From: Patescibacteria group bacterium
Lineage (GTDB): Bacteria > Patescibacteriota > Patescibacteriia > XYB2-FULL-38-15
DNA length: 64,000 bases
Direction: 5' to 3'
Assembly (NCBI GenBank): GCA_041653675.1
Contig: JBAZEY010000001.1
Coordinates: 98-64,097, forward strand
Positions 36,494 to 46,581 of this stretch are shown here, piece by piece (position 1 is the first letter of the stretch; each line of letters opens with the position of its first letter). The notes beneath the pieces are model-generated. The model saw nothing but the letters and a program-made list of their open reading frames with translations, was not told the DNA's origin and did no database searches. Position numbers and translations under genes: made by a program.

Positions 36494-37747
36494 ATGTCCA
36501 AATTTATTATTGAAGGAGGAAAACCAATAAGCGGAAAAATTAAGGCTTCGGGAATGAAGAACGCGGCAACCCCAATTATTGCGGCGACTCTTTTAACTTC
36601 CGAAGAATGCGTAATAGGAAATGTCCCAAAAATTTCCGATGTTTTGCGGATGCTTGAGATTTTAAGAAGCTTGGGTGCGAGCGTGGAATGGACCGGAGAT
36701 CACGAGGTAACAATTTGCGCCAAAGATGCAGATATAAAATTACTTGATGAGAAGTCCGTTAAGAGCATGCGTTCGTCAATTTTGTTTTTGGGGCCGCTTC
36801 TGGCTCGGTTTAAGAAAGTAACAATTCCCGAACCAGGCGGTTGTATTATCGGTAATCGTCCGCCAGATACGCATTTTTACGCTCTGGAAAAATTAGGCGC
36901 CAAATTTACGCACGCGGATGGTCATTTTCATTTAGAAACCAACGGCCTTCGCGGTTCACTTATCATTTTACCAGAATTTTCCGTTACGGCAACAGAGAAT
37001 ATCCTAATGGCCGCGAGTTTGGCAGAGGGGGAAACCGAGGTGCACTTGGCTGCCGCCGAACCGCATGTCCAGGATTTAATAAAATTTTTAAGTGAAATGG
37101 GCGCAAAAATTTCTGGCGGGGGCACGCACACGCTTAAAATTTCCGGTGTAAAGAAATTACATGGCGCGCGCCACATTTTAATTCCTGACCAAATTGAAAT
37201 CGGAACCTTGGCCGTGGCCGCGGCAGTCTCTGGTGGCGAAGTTACGATAGAGAATATCGTCCCCGAGCACCTTGAAATTATTTTACTTAAATTACAAGAG
37301 GCAGGCGTAAATTTGGAAGTCGGCAAGGATTATTTGAAAATTAAATCTTCGAAAAATTTACGATCTTTTCGTTTGCAAACATTGCCATACCCGGGTTTTC
37401 CAACCGATCTTCAGGCGCCGTTTGGCGTGCTTGCGACTCAATGCCAAGGAACAACCTTGATCCAAGATCCACTTTTTGAAGGAAGAATGGGCTATATTGG
37501 AGAACTTGTGAAAATGGGAGCCAATGCCATTGTGGCCGATCCCCATCGGGTGGTTATTACTGGCCCCACACCGCTTGTTGGACAAGAAATAAAAAGTTTT
37601 GATTTGCGCGCTGGCGCGACTTTGATTATTGCCGGCCTTATTGCTTCTGGCAAAACGATTATCAACGAGGCGGAAATTGTAGATCGCGGTTATGAAAAAA
37701 TAGAAGAGCGGCTTCGGGAGCTAGGAGCGGATATTAAAAGAATTTAA
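36494..37747 (+). CDS. murA: UDP-N-acetylglucosamine 1-carboxyvinyltransferase
   Basis: MSKFIIEGGKPISGKIKASGMKNAATPIIAATLLT; full-length EPSP-synthase-fold MurA. Confidence 0.85.
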   Translation: MSKFIIEGGKPISGKIKASGMKNAATPIIAATLLTSEECVIGNVPKISDVLRMLEILRSLGASVEWTGDHEVTICAKDADIKLLDEKSVKSMRSSILFLGPLLARFKKVTIPEPGGCIIGNRPPDTHFYALEKLGAKFTHADGHFHLETNGLRGSLIILPEFSVTATENILMAASLAEGETEVHLAAAEPHVQDLIKFLSEMGAKISGGGTHTLKISGVKKLHGARHILIPDQIEIGTLAVAAAVSGGEVTIENIVPEHLEIILLKLQEAGVNLEVGKDYLKIKSSKNLRSFRLQTLPYPGFPTDLQAPFGVLATQCQGTTLIQDPLFEGRMGYIGELVKMGANAIVADPHRVVITGPTPLVGQEIKSFDLRAGATLIIAGLIASGKTIINEAEIVDRGYEKIEERLRELGADIKRI

Positions 37748-37760
37748 TTAAATTTATTAT

Positions 37761-39008
37761 ATGAATATAAAGTTAGAAAAATATAGATTTGTATTTAAAT
37801 ACACCGCAGTTTATGTTTTGGTAGTTTTGGTGCTGGGCGGATTTTTAGGTGGAATGGCTTTGGGGGCAAGGCAGGGCCGCACTGCGGCAGAAAAAGAATT
37901 TTATGGCGGGGAGATTCAAAACAGGGAGGAAGTTCCAGAATATTTGTCCAAAGATATTGATTTTAATCTTTTTTGGGAAGTTTGGAATTTAGCAAAAAAT
38001 AATTATGTTCATCAGCCGGTTCAAGACACAGAACTTTTTTATGGGGCCCTTTCGGGAATTATTTCTTCTCTCGGTGATCCATATTCAGTATTTTTTGATC
38101 CAAAAACCGCGGAAGAATTTAAACAAGAGCTGGAAGGAACTTTTTCTGGAATTGGTGCCGAGCTCGGCATAAAAAATAATCAGCTGACAATTATTGCTCC
38201 ATTACCCGACACGCCGGCCGAAAGAGCTGGGTTAAAAGCGGGCGATAGAATTTTGGCGATTGACAGCCGCGAGACGACCGACATGGCCCTAGATTACGCC
38301 GTAAGTATTATTCGTGGTGAAAAGGGGACAGATGTTACTTTAACAATTTGGCGCGAAGGATGGGACAAAGCGCAAGATTTAAAAATAACGCGAGATACCA
38401 TTGAAGTCGCGAGCGTTAAATGGGAAATGAAAGACGACATTGCCTATATTGAAATCAACCATTTCAACGAAGACACGGAGAGAAGATTTGACCAGGCCGT
38501 GGCGGAATTGATTACAAAAAATCCCAAAGGTTTAATTTTGGATTTAAGAAATAATCCCGGCGGATTTTTGGATACGGCCGTAGAAGTTGCGGGAGAATGG
38601 ATTGAAAACGACGTTATTGTCGTGGAGCAAATTGATGATGGCCAAAGAAATGAAGAACGTTCGAGCAGACTTGCGCGGCTTCAGAATTTAAAAACTGTGG
38701 TTTTAGTTAATCAAGGTTCAGCTTCAGCTTCAGAAATTGTTGCTGGCGCCCTTCAAGATTATGGGAAGGCAACGCTTGTGGGAGAGAAAACTTTTGGCAA
38801 GGGGTCGGTGCAAAACTTAGAACCGCTGCCAGACGGTTCAGCTGTGAAAATTACGGTGGCCGAATGGTTAACGCCGAAAGGAAGATTAATTGATAAGGAA
38901 GGGATAGTGCCAGATGTGGAAATAAAATTGACCGAAGAGGATTATAACGCTGAGCGTGATCCGCAAATGGATAAAGCGATAGAAATCATAAACGACCAAA
39001 CACAATAA
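37761..39008 (+). CDS. Carboxyl-terminal processing protease (S41, CtpA-like) with PDZ domain
   Basis: PDZ GLKAGDRILAIDS; S41 catalytic region VNQGSASASEIVAGALQD...FGKGSVQ; N-terminal TM. Confidence 0.8.
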   Translation: MNIKLEKYRFVFKYTAVYVLVVLVLGGFLGGMALGARQGRTAAEKEFYGGEIQNREEVPEYLSKDIDFNLFWEVWNLAKNNYVHQPVQDTELFYGALSGIISSLGDPYSVFFDPKTAEEFKQELEGTFSGIGAELGIKNNQLTIIAPLPDTPAERAGLKAGDRILAIDSRETTDMALDYAVSIIRGEKGTDVTLTIWREGWDKAQDLKITRDTIEVASVKWEMKDDIAYIEINHFNEDTERRFDQAVAELITKNPKGLILDLRNNPGGFLDTAVEVAGEWIENDVIVVEQIDDGQRNEERSSRLARLQNLKTVVLVNQGSASASEIVAGALQDYGKATLVGEKTFGKGSVQNLEPLPDGSAVKITVAEWLTPKGRLIDKEGIVPDVEIKLTEEDYNAERDPQMDKAIEIINDQTQ

Positions 39009-39011
39009 ATT

Positions 39012-39038
39012 AAAAAAGAGGCACACCGCCTCTTTTTT
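39012..39038. terminator. Bidirectional terminator (aagaggc acacc gcctctt flanked by A-run and T-run)
   Basis: Serves the convergent ctpA (+) gene and the Cys-rich ORF (-). Confidence 0.6.
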
Positions 39039-39053
39039 GACTTTAAGATTTAA

Positions 39054-39323
39054 TTAAGCAAAAGTGTTTTGGTAGTGAGCGGCGGTTTTAGCGCTCGCCT
39101 GAATTGTGCGAGTACAATCTGGTTCATGCGCCCCGCATTTGGCGCAAAGATACCAATCACAAGACCGGCAGGTAGAGGAAAACCTCCCATCGATTGGTTC
39201 GCCGCAATTCCAACAATGGGTGATTTCCCATTCGCTGCCGCAAGCGGAACAGGACATGGTGTTCCGAAGCAGCCCCTCGCCGCGAAGGGCTCTCTCGCCG
39301 CAATAGCACAGATCTTGATCCAT
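39054..39323 (-). CDS. Small Cys-rich protein (89 aa; CxC + 4 CxxC pairs), putative multi-zinc-ribbon protein
   Basis: MDQDLCYCGERALRGEGLLRNTMSCSACGSEWEITHCWNCGEPIDGRFSSTCRSCDWYLCAKCGAHEPDC. GC about 52% versus about 38% background. ORF-track start 39347 is a GTG; ATG 39323 is preferred. Confidence 0.4.
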   Translation of the reverse strand: MDQDLCYCGERALRGEGLLRNTMSCSACGSEWEITHCWNCGEPIDGRFSSTCRSCDWYLCAKCGAHEPDCTRTIQASAKTAAHYQNTFA

Positions 39324-39432
39324 ATGTTTAATCTTTAAATTTCCCACCTTCTATTATATGTTTTTTTTATTACGAAAAGATGAAGATGGCTATTTTTTTC
39401 TTTTTAAGTTTTTTGTTATAATATACTGATAT

Positions 39433-39879
39433 ATGAAAGTCATTCTTCTTAAAAATGTGGATAAAGTCGGGCGTGCGGGGGAGACAAAAGAGTTAACTGA
39501 GGGCTATGCCAGGAATTTTTTGATTCCGAGAGGTTTGGCGCGGCTCGCAACTTCTGGAGCGATAGCAAAAGTGGAGGCAGAAAAACAAGCGGCAGCGGAA
39601 AGGGTGGTACATGAAGAAAAAAGATTAAAGAGAATGGCCAAAGAACTTTCCGGCGTGGAAATTAAAATTCAGGCTAAAGTTGGCGAAGGCGGAAAACTCT
39701 ATGGCTCGGTCGGGGTTTCGGAAATAGAGATTGAATTAAAGAAAAAAGGTTTTGAAATAGATAAGGATCGAATAAAACTAGAAAAACCGATTAAGGATGT
39801 TGGCGGACACGAAATTATGGTAAAATTGCGGGAAGGACTAGAGGCGAAAGTTTTAGTAAGGGTAATTGGAGAAAAATAA
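39433..39879 (+). CDS. rplI: 50S ribosomal protein L9
   Basis: MKVILLKNVDKVGRAGETKELTEGYARNFLIPRGLA; a TATAAT lies about 10 nt upstream of the ATG, giving a near-leaderless arrangement. Confidence 0.85.
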   Translation: MKVILLKNVDKVGRAGETKELTEGYARNFLIPRGLARLATSGAIAKVEAEKQAAAERVVHEEKRLKRMAKELSGVEIKIQAKVGEGGKLYGSVGVSEIEIELKKKGFEIDKDRIKLEKPIKDVGGHEIMVKLREGLEAKVLVRVIGEK

Positions 39880-39954
39880 TATTTTATGGCTTGAAAATTA
39901 TAACCCATAAAGGGTTAATGGGTTATGGATTTTAAGTTATAAGTTTTCAGTTAT

Positions 39955-41580
39955 ATGACCAAGTTTATTTTTGTCGTGGGTGGCGTAATGTCCGGAGTTG
40001 GCAAGGGGATAGCGTCGGCCTCTATCGGAAAAATTTTACAAGGCAAGGGTTTTAGGGTGACGGCTGTGAAAATTGATCCTTATATTAATGTTGACGCTGG
40101 GACCATGAACCCGGTTGAACATGGAGAAGTTTTTGTGACCGAGGACAAAGACGAATGCGATCAGGATGTCGGAAATTATGAAAGATTTTTGGACACGAAC
40201 ATTTATTCCGACAATTACATGACGACCGGGCGGGTTTATCAGACCGTTATTCAAAAAGAAAGAAATTTGGAATACGGCGGGCGATGTGTGGAAGTTGTTC
40301 CTCACGTTCCGGAAGAAGTGATTAGGAGAATTAGACGCGCGGGAAAAATCGCCAAGGCGGATTTTGTGATTGTGGAAGTCGGCGGGACGGTTGGAGAGTA
40401 TCAAAATGTTTTATTTTTAGAAGCAGGAAGAATGCTCCATCAGCGGCGCCCGGATGATGTCCTTTTTGTACTGGTAAGTTATTTACCGATTCCGTCAAAA
40501 ATCGGTGAGATGAAAACCAAGCCAACCCAGCAAGCCACTCAACTTTTAAACGCCGCGGGGATTCAGCCAGATTTTATTTTATGTCGAGCGGAACAGCCGC
40601 TTGATGAGCCGAGAAAAAGAAAAATCTCAATTTTCTGCAACGTGGATAAACGCGATATTATTTCTGCGCCGGATGTTGATTCAATTTATGAAGTGCCGCT
40701 TAATTTTGAAAAAGAACAATTGGGGCAGAGAATTCTTTCCAAATTCAATATGCGCGCGCGGCAGAAAGATTTAATTGAATGGCGGAAACTTGTTAAAACC
40801 ATTAAAACAGTGAAAGAAGAAGTCCATATTGGTATTGTGGGAAAATATTTTACCACGGGAAATTTTGTTTTGTCTGACGCCTATATTTCTGTGATTGAAG
40901 CGATTAAGCACGCCGCTTGGGCACATAATAGGAAGCCAGTTTTGACTTGGTTAAATTCGGAGGAGTATGAAAAAGATCCATCAAAAATTAAAGAATTAAA
41001 AAATCTTGACGGAGTAATTGTCCCTGGCGGTTTTGGGTCGCGCGGAGTAGAGGGGAAAATTAAGGCAATTCAATATTGCCGCGAAAATAAAATTCCTTAT
41101 TTTGGTTTATGCTACGGCATGCAAATGGCAGTGGTGGAATTTGCAAGAAATATTTGCGGGCTCGCAGATGCTAATACGGCGGAAATTAATCCAAAAACAA
41201 CAAACCCGATCATTCACATTATGGAGGAGCAGGGTGATTTAGTGAAAAATAAAAAATACGGAGGAACCATGCGGCTCGGGGCCTATCCTTGCGTTTTAAA
41301 TAAAAAATCTTTGAGTTATAAAGCTTACGGTCAAAAAAATATTTCTGAACGCCATCGCCACCGCTATGAATTTAATAATTCTTATCGCGAACAGTTTGAA
41401 AAAGCGGGTCTTGTGATCGCCGGTGCGTCGCCAGATAATAGTTTGGTAGAAATTATTGAAATAAAAAATCACCCGTTTTTTGTGGGCGTACAATTTCATC
41501 CCGAGTTTAAGAGCAGACCTCTCCACCCGCATCCATTGTTTAAGGAATTTATTTCCGCTTGTTTAAAGTCGCGCGGGTAG
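39955..41580 (+). CDS. pyrG: CTP synthase
   Basis: GGVMSGVGKGIASASIGKIL N-terminal synthetase motif; C-terminal glutamine amidotransferase LCYGMQ...HPEF. Confidence 0.9.
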   Translation: MTKFIFVVGGVMSGVGKGIASASIGKILQGKGFRVTAVKIDPYINVDAGTMNPVEHGEVFVTEDKDECDQDVGNYERFLDTNIYSDNYMTTGRVYQTVIQKERNLEYGGRCVEVVPHVPEEVIRRIRRAGKIAKADFVIVEVGGTVGEYQNVLFLEAGRMLHQRRPDDVLFVLVSYLPIPSKIGEMKTKPTQQATQLLNAAGIQPDFILCRAEQPLDEPRKRKISIFCNVDKRDIISAPDVDSIYEVPLNFEKEQLGQRILSKFNMRARQKDLIEWRKLVKTIKTVKEEVHIGIVGKYFTTGNFVLSDAYISVIEAIKHAAWAHNRKPVLTWLNSEEYEKDPSKIKELKNLDGVIVPGGFGSRGVEGKIKAIQYCRENKIPYFGLCYGMQMAVVEFARNICGLADANTAEINPKTTNPIIHIMEEQGDLVKNKKYGGTMRLGAYPCVLNKKSLSYKAYGQKNISERHRHRYEFNNSYREQFEKAGLVIAGASPDNSLVEIIEIKNHPFFVGVQFHPEFKSRPLHPHPLFKEFISACLKSRG

Positions 41581-41626
41581 ATCTGCTTGGGCAGCCGAAT
41601 AATAAAATATTAAAATATTAAATTTT

Positions 41627-42460
41627 ATGAAGCGTCTATTTTTTATTCTCACAATTATATTTCTTGCCGGCGCCGGTTGCGGAGCGCAGTCGTTGATTAT
41701 AAATGATCAGAGTAATCAAAATAGCCAGCCGCCGGTTAACGCCGACACAAATACGCCACCCGTCGAGCCGGAAGAGGCGACAAATGTCAACGAAGTTTCC
41801 GAAAAATCGGAGCAACCAACTAATGTAAATATCAACACGAATAGTGCTGAAACGACGCCGGTTGTTTTGCCGAATAAATTTGATATTCAAGTTCCCTTTG
41901 CTTCCCAGGCGCCGCTAGGTGATTGGAGTATGCCGTATCAGGAAGCCTGTGAAGAGGCTTCAATGATTATGGCGGCGAGATATTTTAAAAATGAAGATTT
42001 GAATAATAACATAATGGCAGAGGAAATTTTAAAATTGGTAAAATGGGAAGAAGATAATGGTTATCCGATTGATTTGACCGCGGCTCAAGTGGTGGAAGTT
42101 TTGGAAAAATATTTTGGCCTCAAGGCGATGCTTGATAAAATGGTTTCGGAAACTGAGATAAAAAAACAATTAGTCGCGGGAAATTTAATTATTGTGCCTT
42201 TGGCCGGACGCGATATTGGTAATCCATATTTTAGCCAGCCAGGGCCGCTTTATCATATGCTCGTGATACGTGGTTATAATCAAACTGAGTTTATTACTAA
42301 TGATCCCGGGACAAAACGCGGCGAGGCGTATCGCTATTTGTACGGTACTTTGCTTTGGGCAGTGCACGATTGGGTGGGCGGGGTGCGCGTTTACCAGGAT
42401 CCTCGGCCAGAACCGGATATACGAACCGGCGCGCGGGTAATGGTCGTGGTGGAAAAATAA
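41627..42460 (+). CDS. Lipoprotein, putative C39-like cysteine peptidase domain
   Basis: Lipobox LAGAGC; FDIQVPFASQAPLGDWSMPYQEACEEASMIMAARYF resembles the Peptidase_C39-like family. Confidence 0.45.
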   Translation: MKRLFFILTIIFLAGAGCGAQSLIINDQSNQNSQPPVNADTNTPPVEPEEATNVNEVSEKSEQPTNVNINTNSAETTPVVLPNKFDIQVPFASQAPLGDWSMPYQEACEEASMIMAARYFKNEDLNNNIMAEEILKLVKWEEDNGYPIDLTAAQVVEVLEKYFGLKAMLDKMVSETEIKKQLVAGNLIIVPLAGRDIGNPYFSQPGPLYHMLVIRGYNQTEFITNDPGTKRGEAYRYLYGTLLWAVHDWVGGVRVYQDPRPEPDIRTGARVMVVVEK

Positions 42461-42483
42461 TAAAATATAAAAATTAGAATACA

Positions 42484-42512
42484 AAAAGAAGGCCTTGAGC
42501 GGCCTTCTTTTA
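42484..42512. terminator. Bidirectional terminator (gaaggcc ttgagc ggccttc, flanked by A/T runs)
   Basis: Between convergent genes ending at 42460 (+) and 42533 (-). Confidence 0.6.
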
Positions 42513-42532
42513 ATTCTGATAGCTAATTTAGT

Positions 42533-42817
42533 TTATGCGTTTTTGGGCATAACATTCACGATTTTAGTCATACGTAAATGTCCATCAAATTTTGTCTTTT
42601 TTCTCGTAGTAAATTTTACCATTCCCTCGGCGACGGCGTATAAAGTATCATCACTTCCTCGGCGGACATTTTTGCCGGGGTGGATTTTTGTTCCGCGTTG
42701 GCGAACCAAAATTCGACCAGGAAAAGCCATTTGGCCTTCGGTCATTTTTACACCTAAACGTTGAGCTTGGGAATCGCGGCCTAAACTAGTAGAACCGCCT
42801 GCTTTTTTATGAGCCAT
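42533..42817 (-). CDS. rpmA: 50S ribosomal protein L27
   Basis: [24 protein letters not shown]...[16 protein letters not shown]. Confidence 0.9.
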   Translation of the reverse strand: MAHKKAGGSTSLGRDSQAQRLGVKMTEGQMAFPGRILVRQRGTKIHPGKNVRRGSDDTLYAVAEGMVKFTTRKKTKFDGHLRMTKIVNVMPKNA

Positions 42818-42854
42818 ATTTAGTTATAAAATTTAAAGTTTTCGGATGTTCTAT

Positions 42855-42883
42855 ATATTATCAAAGCGTTTTAGGGTTGTCAA
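42855..42883 (-). promoter_or_regulatory. Sigma70-type promoter for rpmA (-35 TTGACA, 17-nt spacer, -10 TAATAT)
   Basis: Minus-strand ttgacaaccctaaaacgctttgataatat, about 40 nt upstream of the rpmA ATG. Confidence 0.5.
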
Positions 42884-42965
42884 CCCCGTTTTTGCCAACC
42901 CTTGAATTTAGAAGGGAAATGAAGTATAATTGGAAAATAGAATTATTTAATCGGGGGAAAAATAT

Positions 42966-43226
42966 ATGAGTTACTCAAAATATGGCGAGGGACCAGTATC
43001 GTCTGAAGCAAGGGCAGAGATTGAAATAATGGCAAAAATAGATTATTTATTAAAAGAATTAGAGGGCGGGAGCGTGTCCGAGGAGCGACAAAAACAAATA
43101 GTAGGTGAAACTAAAAGGGCCATCAGCAGGTACGATAGGCTTTTTGGTGGATCTGGCGAAGATGCGAAACAAATGGTTGAAAACTATAGTGAAAGATTAA
43201 AAAAGATAGAACACAGAGCGGATTAG
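42966..43226 (+). CDS. Small hypothetical protein (86 aa)
   Basis: ORF with host-like composition, preceded by a TATAAT-like gtataat. Confidence 0.35.
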   Translation: MSYSKYGEGPVSSEARAEIEIMAKIDYLLKELEGGSVSEERQKQIVGETKRAISRYDRLFGGSGEDAKQMVENYSERLKKIEHRAD

Positions 43227-43259
43227 ATTTATAGGATTAAATTTTATTTTTTATATCTT

Positions 43260-43655
43260 ATGTCTCAAATTATATATTCAAAAGAAGTTATCAAACATTT
43301 TAAAAATCCGCATAATCAAGGCGTGATAAAAAATCCGACGGCGGTGGGCGAGGCGGGAAATCCTTTGTGTGGTGACATGATGAAATTATATTTAAAAATT
43401 GATAAGAAAAAAGTTGGTGGGAAATTGGTTGATTATATTAAAGATATTAAATTTGAAACTTTGGGTTGCGCCGCGGCGATTGCGACATCTTCGATGATTA
43501 CGGATTTAGTAAAAGGCCAGCCGCTCGATGAAGCCGCGAAAATCACAAAAGCAAATATCGCCGATTCCTTAGGCGGCCTGCCGCCGATTAAATTACATTG
43601 CTCGGTTCTGGCGATTGAGGCCCTGCACGACGCGATTAAAAAATTAAAAAAGTAA
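43260..43655 (+). CDS. Fe-S cluster assembly scaffold (IscU/SufU-type NifU N-terminal domain)
   Basis: NPLCGDMMKL...ETLGCAAAIATSSM...LHCSVLAIEAL (three conserved Cys). Confidence 0.8.
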   Translation: MSQIIYSKEVIKHFKNPHNQGVIKNPTAVGEAGNPLCGDMMKLYLKIDKKKVGGKLVDYIKDIKFETLGCAAAIATSSMITDLVKGQPLDEAAKITKANIADSLGGLPPIKLHCSVLAIEALHDAIKKLKK

Positions 43656-43667
43656 ATTAATAATTTT

Positions 43668-43892
43668 ATGAAGGATAAAGTTAAAAAAATATTAGATGAA
43701 ATACGGCCGGCTCTTCAGGCCGACGGCGGAGATGTGGAGTTGGTTGATGTTGATGAAAAAACCGGCGTGGTAAAAGTGAAACTTGTCGGGGCTTGCCATC
43801 ATTGTCCCATGGCGGCGATGACTTTGGAACAGGGAATCGCACGCGCCTTGAAGGCAAAAATTAAAGAAGTAAAAGAAGTGCAGGCTGTATAA
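43668..43892 (+). CDS. NifU C-terminal domain-like (Nfu) Fe-S carrier protein
   Basis: [40 protein letters not shown] (CxxC Nfu motif). Confidence 0.75.
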   Translation: MKDKVKKILDEIRPALQADGGDVELVDVDEKTGVVKVKLVGACHHCPMAAMTLEQGIARALKAKIKEVKEVQAV

Positions 43893-43898
43893 ATATTT

Positions 43899-45098
43899 AT
43901 GAAGCGAATATATTTTGATCACTCGGCTACTACCCCAGTTGATCCGCAGGTTTTGCGGGCAATGTTGCCGTATTTAAAAAACGATTTCGGTAATGCTTCT
44001 TCGCTTCATTTCCTTGGCCAAAGGGCGAGGGCGGGAGTTGAAAAAGCGCGAGAACAAGTGGCAAAATTTTTGGTCTGTGAGCCAAAAGAAATTATTTTTA
44101 CTTCCGGTGCGACGGAGAGCAATAATCTGGCGCTCATTGGTTTTGTTCGCCGGGCGAGAGCGCTTGATCCAAAAAGAAAAGTTCACGTTATCACTTCCGC
44201 GATTGAACATCCGGCAATTCTTGAAGTTTGCCGTGAATTAAAAAAAGAAGAAGTTGATGTCACGTTTTTACCGGTGAGCCACGCAGGACTTGTCAGAGTG
44301 GAGGATGTAAAAAAGGCAATTCGGCCCGAGACGATTTTGATTTCCATAATGTATGTTAACAATGAGGTCGGTACGGTTCAGCCAATCCAGAAAATTGGTA
44401 AGTTTATCCGGGAGACGAATCTTAGTCGGGAAAAACAAAACAAAATTTATTTTCATACCGACGCGGTTCAGGCGGCAAATTTTTGTGATTGTCGGGTTGA
44501 TTTTTTGGGAGTTGATATGTTATCTCTTTCGGCGCATAAAATTTACGGGCCGAAAGGAACAGGCATACTTTTTGTGCGAGAAGGCACGCCGCTTTTCCCG
44601 ATTATTTTTGGCGGTCATCAGGAATGGGGGGTCCGCTCCGGAACGGAAAATGTTGCGGGAATTGTTGGGCTTGGCAAGGCAGTGGAATTATTAAATCAAA
44701 AATCAAAATTAAAAAGTCAGAATTTAAAAATTAAAAAATTGCGCGATAAGTTAGTGCGAGAAATATCAAAAAAAATTCCCGATGCCATTTTGAATGGGGA
44801 CTTAGAGCATCGCGTTCCGGGGAATCTTAATTTTTGTTTTAAAAATGTAGAAGGTGAAAGTATTTTATTGATGCTTGATATGGAGGGCATTGCTCTTTCC
44901 ACCGGATCGGCTTGTTCTTCCGGATCGCTTGAGCCGTCGCATGTTTTAACTGCGATGGGTGTATCCCCAATAATTTCTCATGGAAGTGTGCGCATCACTT
45001 TAGGAAAAAACAATACCGAAGAAGAAGTACGCCGTTTGGTTAAAATATTGCCGGGCATCGTGGCGAGACTGCGCAAGATGTCTCCGATTAAAAAATAG
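43899..45098 (+). CDS. Cysteine desulfurase (IscS/NifS class V aminotransferase)
   Basis: PLP-lysine motif SLSAHKIYGPKGTGILFV; active-site Cys region STGSACSSGS. Confidence 0.85.
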   Translation: MKRIYFDHSATTPVDPQVLRAMLPYLKNDFGNASSLHFLGQRARAGVEKAREQVAKFLVCEPKEIIFTSGATESNNLALIGFVRRARALDPKRKVHVITSAIEHPAILEVCRELKKEEVDVTFLPVSHAGLVRVEDVKKAIRPETILISIMYVNNEVGTVQPIQKIGKFIRETNLSREKQNKIYFHTDAVQAANFCDCRVDFLGVDMLSLSAHKIYGPKGTGILFVREGTPLFPIIFGGHQEWGVRSGTENVAGIVGLGKAVELLNQKSKLKSQNLKIKKLRDKLVREISKKIPDAILNGDLEHRVPGNLNFCFKNVEGESILLMLDMEGIALSTGSACSSGSLEPSHVLTAMGVSPIISHGSVRITLGKNNTEEEVRRLVKILPGIVARLRKMSPIKK

Positions 45099-45110
45099 TT
45101 AGAATTTAAG

Positions 45111-45503
45111 ATGATTTTTTTTACCGCCATTAAAAATTTTTTCAAACTTTTTACTGCCCTGATTTTTAAAGATGGGTTTTTTAGATTTTTATTTATTTTT
45201 TCTTTAATTGTAAATTTGCTTATCTGGTTTTTTATTTATTGGAAATTTTATCCTCTGCACGCGACAGCAGAAGTTTTTCCCCTGCATTACAATATTTATT
45301 TTGGAGTTGATTTTATTGGGAAGTGGTACGAAATTTTTATTATGCCACTTGTCGGATTTTTCTTCGTCATTATTAATTTTATTTTAGCGGATATAATTTA
45401 TTTAAGAGACAAAATTACCAGCTATTTTTTAACGGGGGCGGGCGCTTTTATTCAAGTCCTGCTTTTTTTAGCCGCGTACTCGATTATTATGATTAATCAG
45501 TAA
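45111..45503 (+). CDS. Hypothetical integral membrane protein (130 aa, 4 TM)
   Basis: Hydrophobic ORF directly upstream of mraY. Confidence 0.4.
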   Translation: MIFFTAIKNFFKLFTALIFKDGFFRFLFIFSLIVNLLIWFFIYWKFYPLHATAEVFPLHYNIYFGVDFIGKWYEIFIMPLVGFFFVIINFILADIIYLRDKITSYFLTGAGAFIQVLLFLAAYSIIMINQ

Positions 45504-45507
45504 AATT

Positions 45508-46557
45508 ATGGATAATTTTTCAATAATTAAAATTTTTATTTTAACAACTATCTCGTTTGTCATTGCTATGGCCTGGACGCCGGCCCTGACTCATTTTCTA
45601 TTTAAATATAAATTAGGAAAACAAATTAGGGACGAAAAGTCTGCACCCATAATGTCTTCGCTCCACAAAGCAAAATCTGGCACACCAACGATGGGTGGAG
45701 TTTTAATTTGGGTCACAGTTTTATTTATAGCATTGATGGTTTTTTATCTTGGGGAGTGGACTGGCTTGGAATTTTTGAAGAAATTTAATTTTTTGACGAG
45801 ATCGCAAACTCTTTTGCCGCTAGGCGCGCTCGTTGCTTCGGCAATAGTTGGTTTAGTTGACGATTATTTAAACGCGCGGAGAATCGGGCCGAACGGCGGG
45901 GGATTTAGAATGCGCCACAGACTTCTGATGTATACCCTAATCGCGGCAGTGGGTGCGTGGTGGTTTTATTTTAAACTTGATTGGCACACTATTCACGTGC
46001 CATTTTTAGGAATTTTTGATATAGGATGGTGGTATCTGCCAATTTTTATTTTTATAATTGTTGCGACGTCTTTTTCGGTAAACGAAAGCGACGGTCTGGA
46101 CGGTTTGGCTGGAGGATTGCTCTTGGCCGCTTTCGCCGCATATGGCGCGATTGCTTTTTCTCAGGGGAAAATGGAGTTAGCGGCTTTTTGCGGGGTAATA
46201 GATGGCGCATTATTAGCCTTTCTTTGGTTTAACATCAACCCCGCTAGATTTTTTATGGGTGACACGGGCGCGATGTCGCTTGGCGTGACGCTCGGGATTG
46301 TGGCAATGCTTACAAATTCTGTTTTACTTTTGCCGATTATTGGATTTTTGTTTGCGGTGGAATCGGTTTCCGTGATTATCCAAATTATTTCAAAAAAAAT
46401 AAGAGGGAAAAAGGTTTTTCTTTCGACCCCCATTCACCATCATCTTGAGGCCATTGGTTGGTCAGAACCAAAAATTGTAATGCGTTTTTGGGTGATTGCT
46501 GGAGTAGCCGCGGTTGTGGGTTTTATTATTTCACTCATGGATGTTAGCTTGAGATAA
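45508..46557 (+). CDS. mraY: Phospho-N-acetylmuramoyl-pentapeptide transferase
   Basis: KSGTPTMGGVLI, NESDGLDGLAGG and FMGDTGAMSLG motifs. Confidence 0.9.
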   Translation: MDNFSIIKIFILTTISFVIAMAWTPALTHFLFKYKLGKQIRDEKSAPIMSSLHKAKSGTPTMGGVLIWVTVLFIALMVFYLGEWTGLEFLKKFNFLTRSQTLLPLGALVASAIVGLVDDYLNARRIGPNGGGFRMRHRLLMYTLIAAVGAWWFYFKLDWHTIHVPFLGIFDIGWWYLPIFIFIIVATSFSVNESDGLDGLAGGLLLAAFAAYGAIAFSQGKMELAAFCGVIDGALLAFLWFNINPARFFMGDTGAMSLGVTLGIVAMLTNSVLLLPIIGFLFAVESVSVIIQIISKKIRGKKVFLSTPIHHHLEAIGWSEPKIVMRFWVIAGVAAVVGFIISLMDVSLR

Positions 46558-46581
46558 AATAAATTTGCGTTTTCGTAAATT

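Noticed and set aside
39320-39345. CATATG...AGATCT (NdeI/BglII-like) sites at the start of the Cys-rich ORF as a sign of vector contamination
   Set aside because: These are short palindromic hexamers expected by chance in 64 kb, and there is no other vector-like sequence such as an ori, resistance gene or MCS.
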